64,000 nt of DNA from a virus. The translations under genes and the position numbers were made by a program. This document shows positions 17,802 to 27,387 of the stretch, piece after piece. Location: positions 1-64,000 of the IMG/VR virus record IMGVR_UViG_3300036652_000269; one strand, written 5' to 3'. Positions within the stretch are counted from its first letter, which is position 1. Every line of letters begins with the position of its first letter. Below the pieces are notes generated by a model. It saw nothing but the letters and a program-made list of their open reading frames with translations. It was not told where the DNA came from and made no database searches.

Positions 17802-17969
17802 CTAGCTCCCCATCTGTAAGAAGGTTTGGGTGATGGCGTTGTGGTTGGCGTCGTTGGCAACACCTACCGCCGAACTGATACCTGCCTCGATGTTGTTCAA
17901 GTGGGCAGCATCGACAGCCGGTGCACCACCGTTCACCCAGGTGGTCTGTGCGTACGTCGGGTCTGGCAT
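17802..17969 (-). CDS. 55-aa tail-fiber anchor-like peptide (YAQTTWVNGGAPAVDAAHLNNIEAGI)
   Basis: Translated by hand; AGGA RBS; motif resembles tail-fiber N-termini. Confidence 0.65.
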   Translation of the reverse strand: MPDPTYAQTTWVNGGAPAVDAAHLNNIEAGISSAVGVANDANHNAITQTFLQMGS

Positions 17970-17979
17970 ATCGGTGGTC

Positions 17980-18450
17980 CTATCCTCGAATGATGCTGTC
18001 GGTGCGGTCTAGGTACAGCGACTCGTTGATTGTCTTGTTATAACTGAATAGCAACCTCGCCACCATGATCCCAGAGTTCGGGGTAGCTGTCGCACCGACA
18101 CCTGCGAACCAGCCCAGTTCCTGGATGTTGACGTTCGATTCACCAGACGCGATCAGGGCCTGCGTATACATCTGCCCGGTTGCCGGTCTGGTCTGCGATG
18201 AAAAGCCCTTGCGGAAGACCTCAGCACCCAACTTCACGTCACTGTCCTGCGTTGTCGCTGTCCCGGTACCGGTGGCGATGTAGCGAACCCGGCCATCGGT
18301 GATCACACCAGCGGCCAGGTCAGCGAACATGCTTAGACCGGCATCGGTGATGTGGTTCTTGAATGTCTCTTTGAAAGTAACATGACCGTCTGGGTCAACA
18401 GCTGTCACTGTGACAAGCCCGAACCAACCGCCGCGTTCTTTGAATAGCAC
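17980..18450 (-). CDS. baseplate/tail-fiber attachment protein
   Basis: NHITDAGL...YIATGTG...EVFRK...IQELG motif. Confidence 0.7.
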   Translation of the reverse strand: MLFKERGGWFGLVTVTAVDPDGHVTFKETFKNHITDAGLSMFADLAAGVITDGRVRYIATGTGTATTQDSDVKLGAEVFRKGFSSQTRPATGQMYTQALIASGESNVNIQELGWFAGVGATATPNSGIMVARLLFSYNKTINESLYLDRTDSIIRG

Positions 18451-18457
18451 GTCAACC

Positions 18458-19183
18458 TCAACAGGGGATCAGAGTGGAAGCGGGGTACAGGCTACCGCTG
18501 GGGAAGAAGCACGCATTGGTGATCGCCCCGAAACTTTCTGTCCATCCGACAGACTGGTCAGTCACCGTGGTGATGAACTGATGGCTGAGCAAAATACCTG
18601 CCGGTTTGGTCAGCGATGCAGCTGCCAGGATGACGCTGGCGTCACCTTGTTCCGACAACCGAGTGATGATATTGACGGTCCACTGGTCACCGTTGTAGTG
18701 GTCTTCCAGCAACACGGTGTAGGTAGGGCCAGACAACACTCGGCTGACTGCATTGGTGATGGCTTCCCGCGATCCTGCGTGCCAGCCCACCGATGCAGAT
18801 TCGATCAACAGCCGGTGCTGCGCTTCGGTGTCCGTGTCCAGCAAAGGAACACCGACTAGCTGAGCGATCCACGGCAACCATGCAGCATCAGCAGAACGGG
18901 CGTCCACCAAGTCGGATGTCTGTCCGATAGGTAGTGCTCCCGCATAGTTGATGGGCCGGGTGAACGTTTCGTTGTCCTGCGCCAGTTCACCGGTTGGCAT
19001 TTCATCAGGGAACAGGTAGTTCAAACGGGCCAGGATCAGTTCGAGTTCACCTATCCGGTCCGTGATGCCGGACAGCCAGGTCTTCAACTGCCAGCCCTGT
19101 GTGGCGTCGTTGGTGCGGTAGACCTCGGGCAACTTGGCGTAGATGCGTTCGGTGGTTGGCGTGTAGATAGGTTCAGACATCAC
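18458..19183 (-). CDS. baseplate wedge protein (P2 gpI-like)
   Basis: LPEVYR...WLPWIAQLVG...GS.EAI...KPAGI. Confidence 0.8.
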   Translation of the reverse strand: MMSEPIYTPTTERIYAKLPEVYRTNDATQGWQLKTWLSGITDRIGELELILARLNYLFPDEMPTGELAQDNETFTRPINYAGALPIGQTSDLVDARSADAAWLPWIAQLVGVPLLDTDTEAQHRLLIESASVGWHAGSREAITNAVSRVLSGPTYTVLLEDHYNGDQWTVNIITRLSEQGDASVILAAASLTKPAGILLSHQFITTVTDQSVGWTESFGAITNACFFPSGSLYPASTLIPC

Positions 19184-20802
19184 GTCACCGTCACAGCAAT
19201 GGTGCCAGCTTGCAGCAACGGTGCCAGGCCAGAGATAGCCACATCGGCAGCGGGTGCTGTCAAACTGACAACACGGTCAACGCCCGTGACGTTCGAAATG
19301 AGTGCGATGAGTTCGTTGTAGTACAAGGTGGTGCCCCAGCCCCAGGTGGATGGGCTGAGGTAACTCTGCAACGCTGCGACAACGGCGTTCTGCACGGTGG
19401 TCGGGTTGGCCCCGACGGCAGCCTTGACCGTGGTCGTGACGTTGATCGTTGTCAATGTCGGATCGACAATGTGAATCGCCAGGTTGGTTGCGGTTTGCGG
19501 GATCAGATCGTTGAGGATCGTTTCCTTGTTCGTCAGCGATACCGGTCCACTGGGCCCGTACACCGCGATGGTGATGTGGCCACCGTTACTGCCAGCAGTA
19601 CCTCCGGTGCCGCCTGCGATCCACGTAGAACCGTTTTCGGTCAGTAGGGCAACCTTGTCCACCCAGATGGTCTGCCCGGCCGCTGGTGTGGCTTGTGCGT
19701 CGTCCGAAATGACGATGTGGGCTTTGGCTGAACCAACTGGTGGAGTCATACCAAGGATTTCCAACGTGTTCCATTGGCCATGGGTGATTGGCAGATTGAC
19801 AGACTGGGTGGTCAGCGGGTTGCTGGTCTCATCGAGCCAATGCACCGACAATGTGTAGGTGGCACCCGCAGTGGCGTCGGGATAGATGTCCGCCATCACC
19901 GAATACAACTCGTTGTCGTTCACTGTGTAGTCAGTGTTGTAGGCGTACCCACCACCAGCAGTGGTGTTGTTCCGCACACACTTCAGTGCATGAGTACCGT
20001 CTTCGGCATGTGCAGTGTCCTGTGTGATGGTCCAGTTAGCTCCTGCTACCCAGCTGCCTACGCCGGTTTCGAAGCTGGCATCTACGGCGGTCAGCAGGTT
20101 CGTCGTTGGGTTGTAGTTGTCGATGGCCAACGCACGGTAGACGAAGGTGTAACCAAGTACGGCGTCCATGAAGTGCTGCGGGACCACCAACGTGTCAGTG
20201 AGCCGAGCCAACCGCTGGACTGCACGTGCCTGCCAAGCAGACGACGTTTCCGCGTCTGCACCACCGGCTACTGTCGATGCGATAGTCACGCTGTCCACAT
20301 ACAGGATGCTGTCGAGCACCTGGAGTGCTGTTCCGACCGCTACCCCGTTGGCTTCCGACGTGTACCTGTCACCTGTCGCGTTGACAGTCACGCTGGTAGA
20401 ACCTGGGGCCACCGTCGCAGCAGTGTCTGTCGTGAAGACAATCGGTAACAGGCCACCGGACAGGTTCAAGAGCAACCTGATACCGGACGGCAGGCTATGA
20501 CCCAGGTTGTCTGACAGATTGATAGTCACTGTTGTGGTGGGCTGGGCTCCGAGGTCGAGTGCAACACCGTACAGCTGGAAAAGTATCGACATGATAGAAC
20601 CGGGTAGACGGTTCACGGCGAAGGCCAGTTCGCTGACGATCCCGGCCAACGACTCCATCAGCAGGACTTCTGTGTTGCCTTCACGGGGTGTCCAGTCGGG
20701 CATCTTCGTCATCAAGTCGGCAAGCGCCGCGTTGAAGATGTCCTGTTCCGACTTGTCGTAAAGTGTCAGATCGACAAACGGCGTCAGGTCTGGGCTACCC
20801 AT
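19180..20802 (-). CDS. baseplate J-like protein with an internal carbohydrate-binding-module-like insertion
   Basis: PDWT.REG, GGADAET and C-terminal GVDRV motifs; internal NLLT..ASFETG..W. Confidence 0.85.
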   Translation of the reverse strand: MGSPDLTPFVDLTLYDKSEQDIFNAALADLMTKMPDWTPREGNTEVLLMESLAGIVSELAFAVNRLPGSIMSILFQLYGVALDLGAQPTTTVTINLSDNLGHSLPSGIRLLLNLSGGLLPIVFTTDTAATVAPGSTSVTVNATGDRYTSEANGVAVGTALQVLDSILYVDSVTIASTVAGGADAETSSAWQARAVQRLARLTDTLVVPQHFMDAVLGYTFVYRALAIDNYNPTTNLLTAVDASFETGVGSWVAGANWTITQDTAHAEDGTHALKCVRNNTTAGGGYAYNTDYTVNDNELYSVMADIYPDATAGATYTLSVHWLDETSNPLTTQSVNLPITHGQWNTLEILGMTPPVGSAKAHIVISDDAQATPAAGQTIWVDKVALLTENGSTWIAGGTGGTAGSNGGHITIAVYGPSGPVSLTNKETILNDLIPQTATNLAIHIVDPTLTTINVTTTVKAAVGANPTTVQNAVVAALQSYLSPSTWGWGTTLYYNELIALISNVTGVDRVVSLTAPAADVAISGLAPLLQAGTIAVTVT

Positions 20803-20815
20803 GGTTCGCTCTCTC

Positions 20816-21133
20816 CTAGACCGTGGCTGTGTTCGTGTTGGCAAACTCGATTGCGATGGCAGCTTGTCCGTCCGACACCTGCTGCACGGTGATGCTGGCG
20901 ATGTTCACAGGCGGGCCGAACAGTGCAAGCTGTGCTGTAAGCATGGCATAGTCCAGCCCTTCGAAGGCGGCATCACGCATACCGAAGGACGGAACCTGCT
21001 CCCGCTCACCGGGGATAGTCATGACCAGCAGGGTCAACTGTTCGGCCAGGTATTCGTCTGAACCGTCCGGCTGGGTGACGACACTGCCGTCTGCTCCAAG
21101 CCTGAACGGGTGGCTTATCAACTGGGTAGACAT
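20816..21133 (-). CDS. baseplate wedge subunit (gp25/gpW-like)
   Basis: LLVMTIPGERE..PSFG motif. Confidence 0.8.
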   Translation of the reverse strand: MSTQLISHPFRLGADGSVVTQPDGSDEYLAEQLTLLVMTIPGEREQVPSFGMRDAAFEGLDYAMLTAQLALFGPPVNIASITVQQVSDGQAAIAIEFANTNTATV

Positions 21134-21139
21134 GTCAGA

Positions 21140-21427
21140 TCACCATCCTGGCCAGGTCGGGCTTGCTGCTGGTGCAGCAATCGGGGCAGTCGGTTTCAAC
21201 AAGACACCCAGGATGGCGATCTGATCCTTCTGGTTGTCTATCGGAGTGACAAGCACCCGGTCACCAGGCTTCAAACCTGCGCTGTCGTGGGTGCTGATCC
21301 GGAAGTTCATCAGCATGTTGCACGGCCCGAGTTCACTGTTCCCGGCCAACTGGGTGGCAATGACGTAGGCACCGTCCCCGGTGATGCGGGTGACGGTGGC
21401 GCTGTAGGGACCTCCTGGTTGCAGCAT
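21140..21427 (-). CDS. baseplate spike-like OB-fold protein
   Basis: LKPGDRVLV...AILG; TGATG coupling; position in the baseplate. Confidence 0.6.
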   Translation of the reverse strand: MLQPGGPYSATVTRITGDGAYVIATQLAGNSELGPCNMLMNFRISTHDSAGLKPGDRVLVTPIDNQKDQIAILGVLLKPTAPIAAPAASPTWPGW

Positions 21428-21846
21428 CAGTACCTGAGCCCTGGTACGAGCCCACCGGCTGTCCAGCGCAGGGCTAGCGCATCTGCTGCCCCATTGGGCC
21501 GGACACCGTAGATACGGCCTGACGCTTCCACTGTTCGCTTCCCATCGCCTAGTGACACTGCCACCATGATGCCCGACCACAGCAGTGCCCCACGGGTAAC
21601 CAGGGCTTGACTCACCGGGATGGTCTTGTTCCACCGCTGCACAAAGGCGAGTTGGTTGGCCTGACCGGTCGGCAGGAAGCTGGCCACCTGGTTGGCTGCC
21701 CAGGATGTCAGCAGCGAGCCATCGAAGTCATCATTCGACAGTGCGGTCACAAGGTCGGTGGCCACGTACCCGAACTGGCTGTTGCCTACATGCTGCATCA
21801 CCCAGTACACGAAGTCCGGCGCTTCGAGGGTGTTGATCCGGCCCAT
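21427..21846 (-). CDS. NlpC/P60-fold protein, apparently catalytically degenerate
   Basis: FDGSLLTSWA (cf. FDCSGL.xWA); GALLW...MVAVSLGDGKRTVEA. Confidence 0.65.
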   Translation of the reverse strand: MGRINTLEAPDFVYWVMQHVGNSQFGYVATDLVTALSNDDFDGSLLTSWAANQVASFLPTGQANQLAFVQRWNKTIPVSQALVTRGALLWSGIMVAVSLGDGKRTVEASGRIYGVRPNGAADALALRWTAGGLVPGLRY

Positions 21847-22730
21847 CAGACTCTCGGCTGTGGTGTCGGGTTGATAGGCACGATCCCATTGATGGTGGCG
21901 TCCCCCTGGCCAAGCAGCAACGGGTACGCAACTGTCGATATGAAATACTGCATGTCGAACATGCCGCAGTTTTCTACCTGCATCACGTAGCCGGGCCGGA
22001 AGTTCACCGCACGGGCGGCAGGGATTGTCACAGAGATATTCCGGTCGTCCACCACACTGTCCAGGCTGGTGTTGGCGGTCGGGAACGAAGTCATCAGGTA
22101 GTCGGCGTTAGCTGCCGGGTCTGCCGAATAGATGCACCGCACCACCGGCATCGTCTGCATGAACCACGACGGCTGCCCGAAGTAGATGTGGCCTGCTACC
22201 TCCCATATCTGGAAGCCTTCTTCACGGGCCAACCTGACGAATGTCGTCCAGCTAGATGCATCGGTGTTGTTCTGGGTCGGCACGTACACGTCGCGGGCGA
22301 TGCTTGTCCGCGTCTTCGTGGGCTGCACCGTGCAAGTAGCCCCGACAGCTGCACATTCGGTCTCGATCCATTGGCTGGCAGATACGTTCCGTGAAACCAG
22401 TGCACCCTTGCGCAGCTTCAGTTTCTGAATGAGAGCAGGACGACAGGCAAGCGTGATCTGGCCCTTACCCGCTGCACTGGGCTGGATGCTGATCGATGCG
22501 ATGACCAGCCGTTGGTCGAGATAGTCAATCGTGGTGCCCTTGTTGAAGTAGCCTTTCTTCATGATAGATAGGTCGTCGTCGTTGAAAGTGAGGTTCAACT
22601 GCGACACCTGGGTGGCGTCCAGGGAAATGTCCGCTCCGATGACCGCTTCCGATATGTCCGCGGGCAGGGCGTTGCCTCGCAGGTACACATGGCTGACCAG
22701 CTGCTGTGGTTCCAGCGCAACGACTGTCAT
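21846..22730 (-). CDS. baseplate hub (late control D-like)
   Basis: SSWTTFVRLAREEGF...IYFG; position after the LysM gene. Confidence 0.75.
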   Translation of the reverse strand: MTVVALEPQQLVSHVYLRGNALPADISEAVIGADISLDATQVSQLNLTFNDDDLSIMKKGYFNKGTTIDYLDQRLVIASISIQPSAAGKGQITLACRPALIQKLKLRKGALVSRNVSASQWIETECAAVGATCTVQPTKTRTSIARDVYVPTQNNTDASSWTTFVRLAREEGFQIWEVAGHIYFGQPSWFMQTMPVVRCIYSADPAANADYLMTSFPTANTSLDSVVDDRNISVTIPAARAVNFRPGYVMQVENCGMFDMQYFISTVAYPLLLGQGDATINGIVPINPTPQPRV

Positions 22731-23617
22731 TGTGCAACCACCCTGGTCTTACCACCAGGAATCGTCACTGCGTCAGGAGACCACGCAGGCACTGCGTAGT
22801 TGCCGAACTTGTCTACCCGATAGACACCAGAGATCGGGTTGGTGTAACCCGACGCCTGCGACTTGGACTGCACGACAGCTGCGATCTGGGTCGCGGACGG
22901 GATCAGCAACTTCTGTCCGATAGACAACAGCGAGGGGTTGCGAATCCCGTTAGCGTCCGCGATCTGTGGCCACTTGCTGCCGTCTTTGTAAAAGGCCACG
23001 GCAATGGCGTACAGCGTGTCGCCCTTCTTCACCACGTAGTACGTCGAGGTACCAGCCACCGACGACGACTTGCCGTTCGATGGCAACGTGCCACCAGGGG
23101 GCTGCACCCCACCGGTTATCGGTCCGACATTGACGATGTAGTTGGACACTTCGGTGAACTGAAGGTCCACGGTCGCACGTGTGATCTCATTGGTCGTCGC
23201 GGATCGGGTTTCCGACGTGACGACCATGCCGGTCAGGTTCCACAGCCCCGATTCCATGGGGCCGTAGCTGACCACCAACCGGGCCCCGGTGTTGACGACG
23301 CTTGTCAGGGCGGTCAATGATGCCTCTGCACTAGCCTGCATGTCCCGGCTGGCGATGTAGATGGTCATCGACATCGTGCGGAGGTTCAGCCCCTGCTGGC
23401 TGAACAACGGCTTACGACCAGGACGACTGTCTGCTTGATAGTTGGCAGCAAACCCGTCGTGCGTCACGGCAGCGGGTGCGAACGGCACTATCAAGATGAC
23501 AGCACCGGCTTCGGTCTTGATGCTCATCTTGGGGTTCTGGGTCCGAACTGCTGCCGACTGTAGGGCCGATGACCCCACACCGATCAGCAGACGCCGGGTG
23601 GCAAGTGCACTGATCAT
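22727..23617 (-). CDS. tail tube initiator with LysM domain
   Basis: YYVVKKGDTLYAIA..FY...WPQIADAN.I.NP..L..GQKLLIP. Confidence 0.88.
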   Translation of the reverse strand: MISALATRRLLIGVGSSALQSAAVRTQNPKMSIKTEAGAVILIVPFAPAAVTHDGFAANYQADSRPGRKPLFSQQGLNLRTMSMTIYIASRDMQASAEASLTALTSVVNTGARLVVSYGPMESGLWNLTGMVVTSETRSATTNEITRATVDLQFTEVSNYIVNVGPITGGVQPPGGTLPSNGKSSSVAGTSTYYVVKKGDTLYAIAVAFYKDGSKWPQIADANGIRNPSLLSIGQKLLIPSATQIAAVVQSKSQASGYTNPISGVYRVDKFGNYAVPAWSPDAVTIPGGKTRVVAQ

Positions 23618-26538
23618 GACAATGCACGCTCCGTCCGCTCAGTTTCTATCTGCCTGATAGCCCGCTTGATGCCCTGCTTCAGATCGAAGTCGGAACTCAC
23701 GTGGATCGGGCCGTTGAAGTTGACCGGGGGCAGCGGAACCGGGCCATGGCCTACTTCGGCACCGGGGTAGGCGGCAAACGAGGCCCTAGGAGCCACGGTG
23801 ACGAGCGAACGGTCCCGTCTGGCTTCCAGCGCCTTCCGGGCCCATTCCGGGGCCGCTACGGGCCACCCAAGCCCTGCGGTGGCCTTCGCGTCGAAGATGT
23901 AGCCGGGTGTCGGGAACTTCCGTGTCTCGATACCGTGCAGACCCACCATCATCGACTGCCCGAACTGGTTGGCCCAGAACTCAGGGCCACGCTCACCGAC
24001 TGTTGTGTTGACACCAGCTAGGGCAGGCCCACCTATCTCACTTAAAGGGTTGACCCAGCTAAGTACCTTACCCACACCGCTACCGATCTTGCCAGCGACG
24101 TTCGCCACATCCTTGACCGCACCCACGGTGTCGTTGATGGCTTGCTTCATCGTGTCGAGGATTGGCTTGATGACACCCCACACAGTCTGGATGGTGGACT
24201 GTATGCCGTTCCACACCTTGTCCCAGCCGTTGGCCAAGGCGTCGAGAGCGTTCGGGATTGTCTTGGTGAAAAAGTCGATCATCGGCTTGATGATGTTGTC
24301 GTATATCCACTTCCAGATGGTGTTGACGACATCCTTGATGTCGCCCCATATCTGCTTCCAGTGAAATGCTACGTACAAGAGTGCACCGACGACCGGTAAG
24401 AAGGCGGCAACGATGATGGTCACGGTCAGCTTCCAGTGATCCTTGAACCAATCGATCACCTTGGCGATGTCTCGCCATACCTTGTTCATGATGTGCCAGG
24501 CGTCCACTGCCCATTTCTTGATGTCACGGATGACTTGCATGAAGATACGTGCGATGGCACGGCCAACCTTGTCGATGACGTGCCAAGCATCGATGGACCA
24601 TTGCTTGATGTCCTTCCACATCTTCACAATGAAGTTGTGGAACGGCTTGCAGTGGTTCCACAGGTACCAGATGCCAACAGCTAAAGCGATAACCGCCGCG
24701 ATGATGAGCACGATCGGGTTGGCGTCCAGGAAGGCCATTGCCTTGCCGATACCTTCGAGCCCGGACGCCAGCTTCTTCAATGTCTTTTCGTCATTGGCGA
24801 ACTTCTTGATGTCGTCGAACACCTTCATGACCTTGAAGCCAACGACGAGGATGCCAGCGAACGCCAGGATGCCCTGTTGCACGCCGGGCTTCAGCTTCGA
24901 GAAGCCAGCCACGATAAGGGCAAGGGCCTTCGACATGATGTTCAGGGTGACACTGAAGGTAGCCAGCCCACCAGGACCGCCAGCACTGAGCAACTTCGCA
25001 AACGACTGTGCAATCGACAAGATAGCTGGGATGAACTTGCCGTTGGCGTGGCCCACCAGCTTGGTCAGTGCGGGCACGATCTTGTCACTGATGATGTTTA
25101 GGTCTTTGACAAACGACCCGCTGTTTCCTTTCGACAGCGAAGCCCATGCCTTACCCAAGGAGCCGACCAAGTGCACGATGGCACCGAAGTCCTTCTGAGC
25201 ATTGGCGAAGAAATGGGCAATACTGTCCTTGCCCTTGGCGCTCATAGACCACTTGTTGAAGGCTTCGGCTGCCTTCGTGATGCCGTGGTTCATTGTGTTG
25301 CCCCAGGACGTTGCGCCCTGGAAGACGTGGTACAGCCCTAAGCCGAACTGACCGATGATGTGCAGCCATTCCTTCAACCGGGTGTAGCCGTTGTTGAAGA
25401 AGCGAGTGATCTTGTCCGTGTTGGCCGACGCGAGCTTGTTCAGCTTCTCGGCCAGGTTGGCGACATCGCCTGTCATGCTTTGCAAGTACGGCTGTGCGGC
25501 AGCCAGCGTTGTCAGTCCGATACCCAGACCCGATGTGGCTGCCCGGCCCACGTTCTTGATGATGTGGTTGTTGCCATTCAGGATGGTGCCGACCTGACCC
25601 TGCCGGTTCTGCAACATGCTGGACACACCGTGCATAGTGCCGTTCAGCACGGTGGCCGTGTCACCCAGTTGCTTGCGTAGCATCGGCATGTACTGGTTAC
25701 TCAGTGTCTTGATCTCGCCACCGAGCCCCTTGAAGAACTTGCCAGCAACGTCGGTACGCAACTGCTGGAACTGCGGGTGCAGCTTGGCGACTTCCAGCGC
25801 GAACTCACGAGCAGGTGCGGGCAGATTCTTCATGTCGTTGGCTAGCGTCTTGACAGATGCGGTACCCGAAGTCAGGTCCTTGATTGTCTTTCCGACACCA
25901 GCGGTGGCCAGCTTGAAGACGCCCATCCCCTGTGCGGCCGCCACCATCAAGCCGGGCATGGCGATGATGTTCGATGACATCGGTGCCAAGTTGTTTGTCA
26001 GTGCGACAGCCGCACCACCGAGAGCATTGACACCGTGCACAGCTTGGTTCAAACCATCCAAGATGCCACCGAACTTGAACCCTTGCAGAAGCGCCTTGAA
26101 GGGAACGAGGCCCTTCAACGTCTTGGTCAGCTGCGCTGCTGCGTCCCCACCGGCACTGCTGGCGATGCTTCGCTTGGAACCGCCACCACCCGAACCGTCA
26201 CCAAACTCACTGCGCATCGCGCGAAAGTAGCTCTTGTCACCGGTCTGCGTGCTCTTGATGGATTCACTATTCAGCACTTTCAGTGCGGCGATGTCTTCCC
26301 ATACAGCATCACGCTGCTGCTTCAGTGCACGGGTGTTGAAAGCAATCGCTTCACGAGTGATGAGGTTCTGGTCCTTGACCTTCTTCAGTTCTTCGGCAAG
26401 GACTTTCAGATCGACAGCGGTTTCCTTGGCCTGCGTGCCGACCTTCTCTGTGGACTTGCTGACCTTCTCGGCACCAGCGGCAGTTTGATCAGCACCCTGC
26501 CATTCAGACCGGATGACGATCTTCTCTTCGTCAGCCAC
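23614..26538 (-). CDS. tape measure protein
   Basis: 974 aa helical protein with TM segments and periodic Trp repeats; C-terminal VGERGPE. Confidence 0.92.
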   Translation of the reverse strand: MADEEKIVIRSEWQGADQTAAGAEKVSKSTEKVGTQAKETAVDLKVLAEELKKVKDQNLITREAIAFNTRALKQQRDAVWEDIAALKVLNSESIKSTQTGDKSYFRAMRSEFGDGSGGGGSKRSIASSAGGDAAAQLTKTLKGLVPFKALLQGFKFGGILDGLNQAVHGVNALGGAAVALTNNLAPMSSNIIAMPGLMVAAAQGMGVFKLATAGVGKTIKDLTSGTASVKTLANDMKNLPAPAREFALEVAKLHPQFQQLRTDVAGKFFKGLGGEIKTLSNQYMPMLRKQLGDTATVLNGTMHGVSSMLQNRQGQVGTILNGNNHIIKNVGRAATSGLGIGLTTLAAAQPYLQSMTGDVANLAEKLNKLASANTDKITRFFNNGYTRLKEWLHIIGQFGLGLYHVFQGATSWGNTMNHGITKAAEAFNKWSMSAKGKDSIAHFFANAQKDFGAIVHLVGSLGKAWASLSKGNSGSFVKDLNIISDKIVPALTKLVGHANGKFIPAILSIAQSFAKLLSAGGPGGLATFSVTLNIMSKALALIVAGFSKLKPGVQQGILAFAGILVVGFKVMKVFDDIKKFANDEKTLKKLASGLEGIGKAMAFLDANPIVLIIAAVIALAVGIWYLWNHCKPFHNFIVKMWKDIKQWSIDAWHVIDKVGRAIARIFMQVIRDIKKWAVDAWHIMNKVWRDIAKVIDWFKDHWKLTVTIIVAAFLPVVGALLYVAFHWKQIWGDIKDVVNTIWKWIYDNIIKPMIDFFTKTIPNALDALANGWDKVWNGIQSTIQTVWGVIKPILDTMKQAINDTVGAVKDVANVAGKIGSGVGKVLSWVNPLSEIGGPALAGVNTTVGERGPEFWANQFGQSMMVGLHGIETRKFPTPGYIFDAKATAGLGWPVAAPEWARKALEARRDRSLVTVAPRASFAAYPGAEVGHGPVPLPPVNFNGPIHVSSDFDLKQGIKRAIRQIETERTERALS

Positions 26539-26555
26539 CGCTGGTGCCTCCTTCC

Positions 26556-26762
26556 TTAGCTAGTTGCTTGTTGTGCTGCCTGTTCTTTTGCTGCCCGTTC
26601 TTCGTCCGCTACAACGACCTCGTAGGCGGCTGCCCGAATCAACCAGTTCCACTTGTCAGCCTTCAGGACTTCTATCGGATCGATACGAAAGGCACGGGCG
26701 ATCCTAGCTGCGGTCTTGACACGTGGGTCATCGGTCAGTTCGTCTACGAGTTCACCGTAGGG
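26556..26762 (-). CDS. frameshift extension of the tail assembly chaperone (gpGT-like, -1 frame)
   Basis: 68-codon open frame without its own convincing start, overlapping the chaperone 3' end at GAC CCT ACG. Confidence 0.75.
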   Translation of the reverse strand, partial: PYGELVDELTDDPRVKTAARIARAFRIDPIEVLKADKWNWLIRAAAYEVVVADEERAAKEQAAQQATS

Positions 26763-27292
26763 TCGTCGTCACCACCCCAGTTCACTTCGTCCCCGTAGCC
26801 CGCTTCCTCCATGACGCGCTGGGTGGTCTGCATGATGGCCGCATCCGGGCCGTACATGGCCTTCACTGCGTCGATGGGTCGGGTGACCCCCAGCATCCCG
26901 CACAGGATTGGGTGGTTGAAGGTGACATTCTCACCGCTTGTCGTATCGACAACCTTCTGGCCCTGCACGTAGATGCCCCGGCAACGGTCCAGCAAGACGA
27001 TGCTAGAGAACTTGCGGATGTCCAGGTTGTCGGGAAGCGAAGTGTCACGGGAACGCTTCTGCCACATCTGCAAGATGTTGGCGTCGATGTCCACGTCGAA
27101 CTCCACCTCGATGGTGGGACGGGTCGGCACCGTGCAGCGGAACAGCGGGATGATGACCTTTTCCTGAAGCACGCTGCGCAACTGGTCGAGCACGTTGGTC
27201 GGCTCGGACAGGGTTTCAGGTTGAAAGGCCTGGGCAGGTGCATCGGGCAAGCCTGGCACCACGATGTCCTGATCGTTCTTGGCTGTCGCCAT
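26744..27292 (-). CDS. tail assembly chaperone
   Basis: Lies between tube and tape measure; ends DDDPTVNS. Confidence 0.8.
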   Translation of the reverse strand: MATAKNDQDIVVPGLPDAPAQAFQPETLSEPTNVLDQLRSVLQEKVIIPLFRCTVPTRPTIEVEFDVDIDANILQMWQKRSRDTSLPDNLDIRKFSSIVLLDRCRGIYVQGQKVVDTTSGENVTFNHPILCGMLGVTRPIDAVKAMYGPDAAIMQTTQRVMEEAGYGDEVNWGGDDDPTVNS

Positions 27293-27387
27293 GATGTTCT
27301 ATCTCCCTGACAGTTGGATGGGTTGTGGATGGTGGTGAAGGTGTGGGGCTGACGACCCATCCAAACCGCCAGCCCCACACCGGTCTG

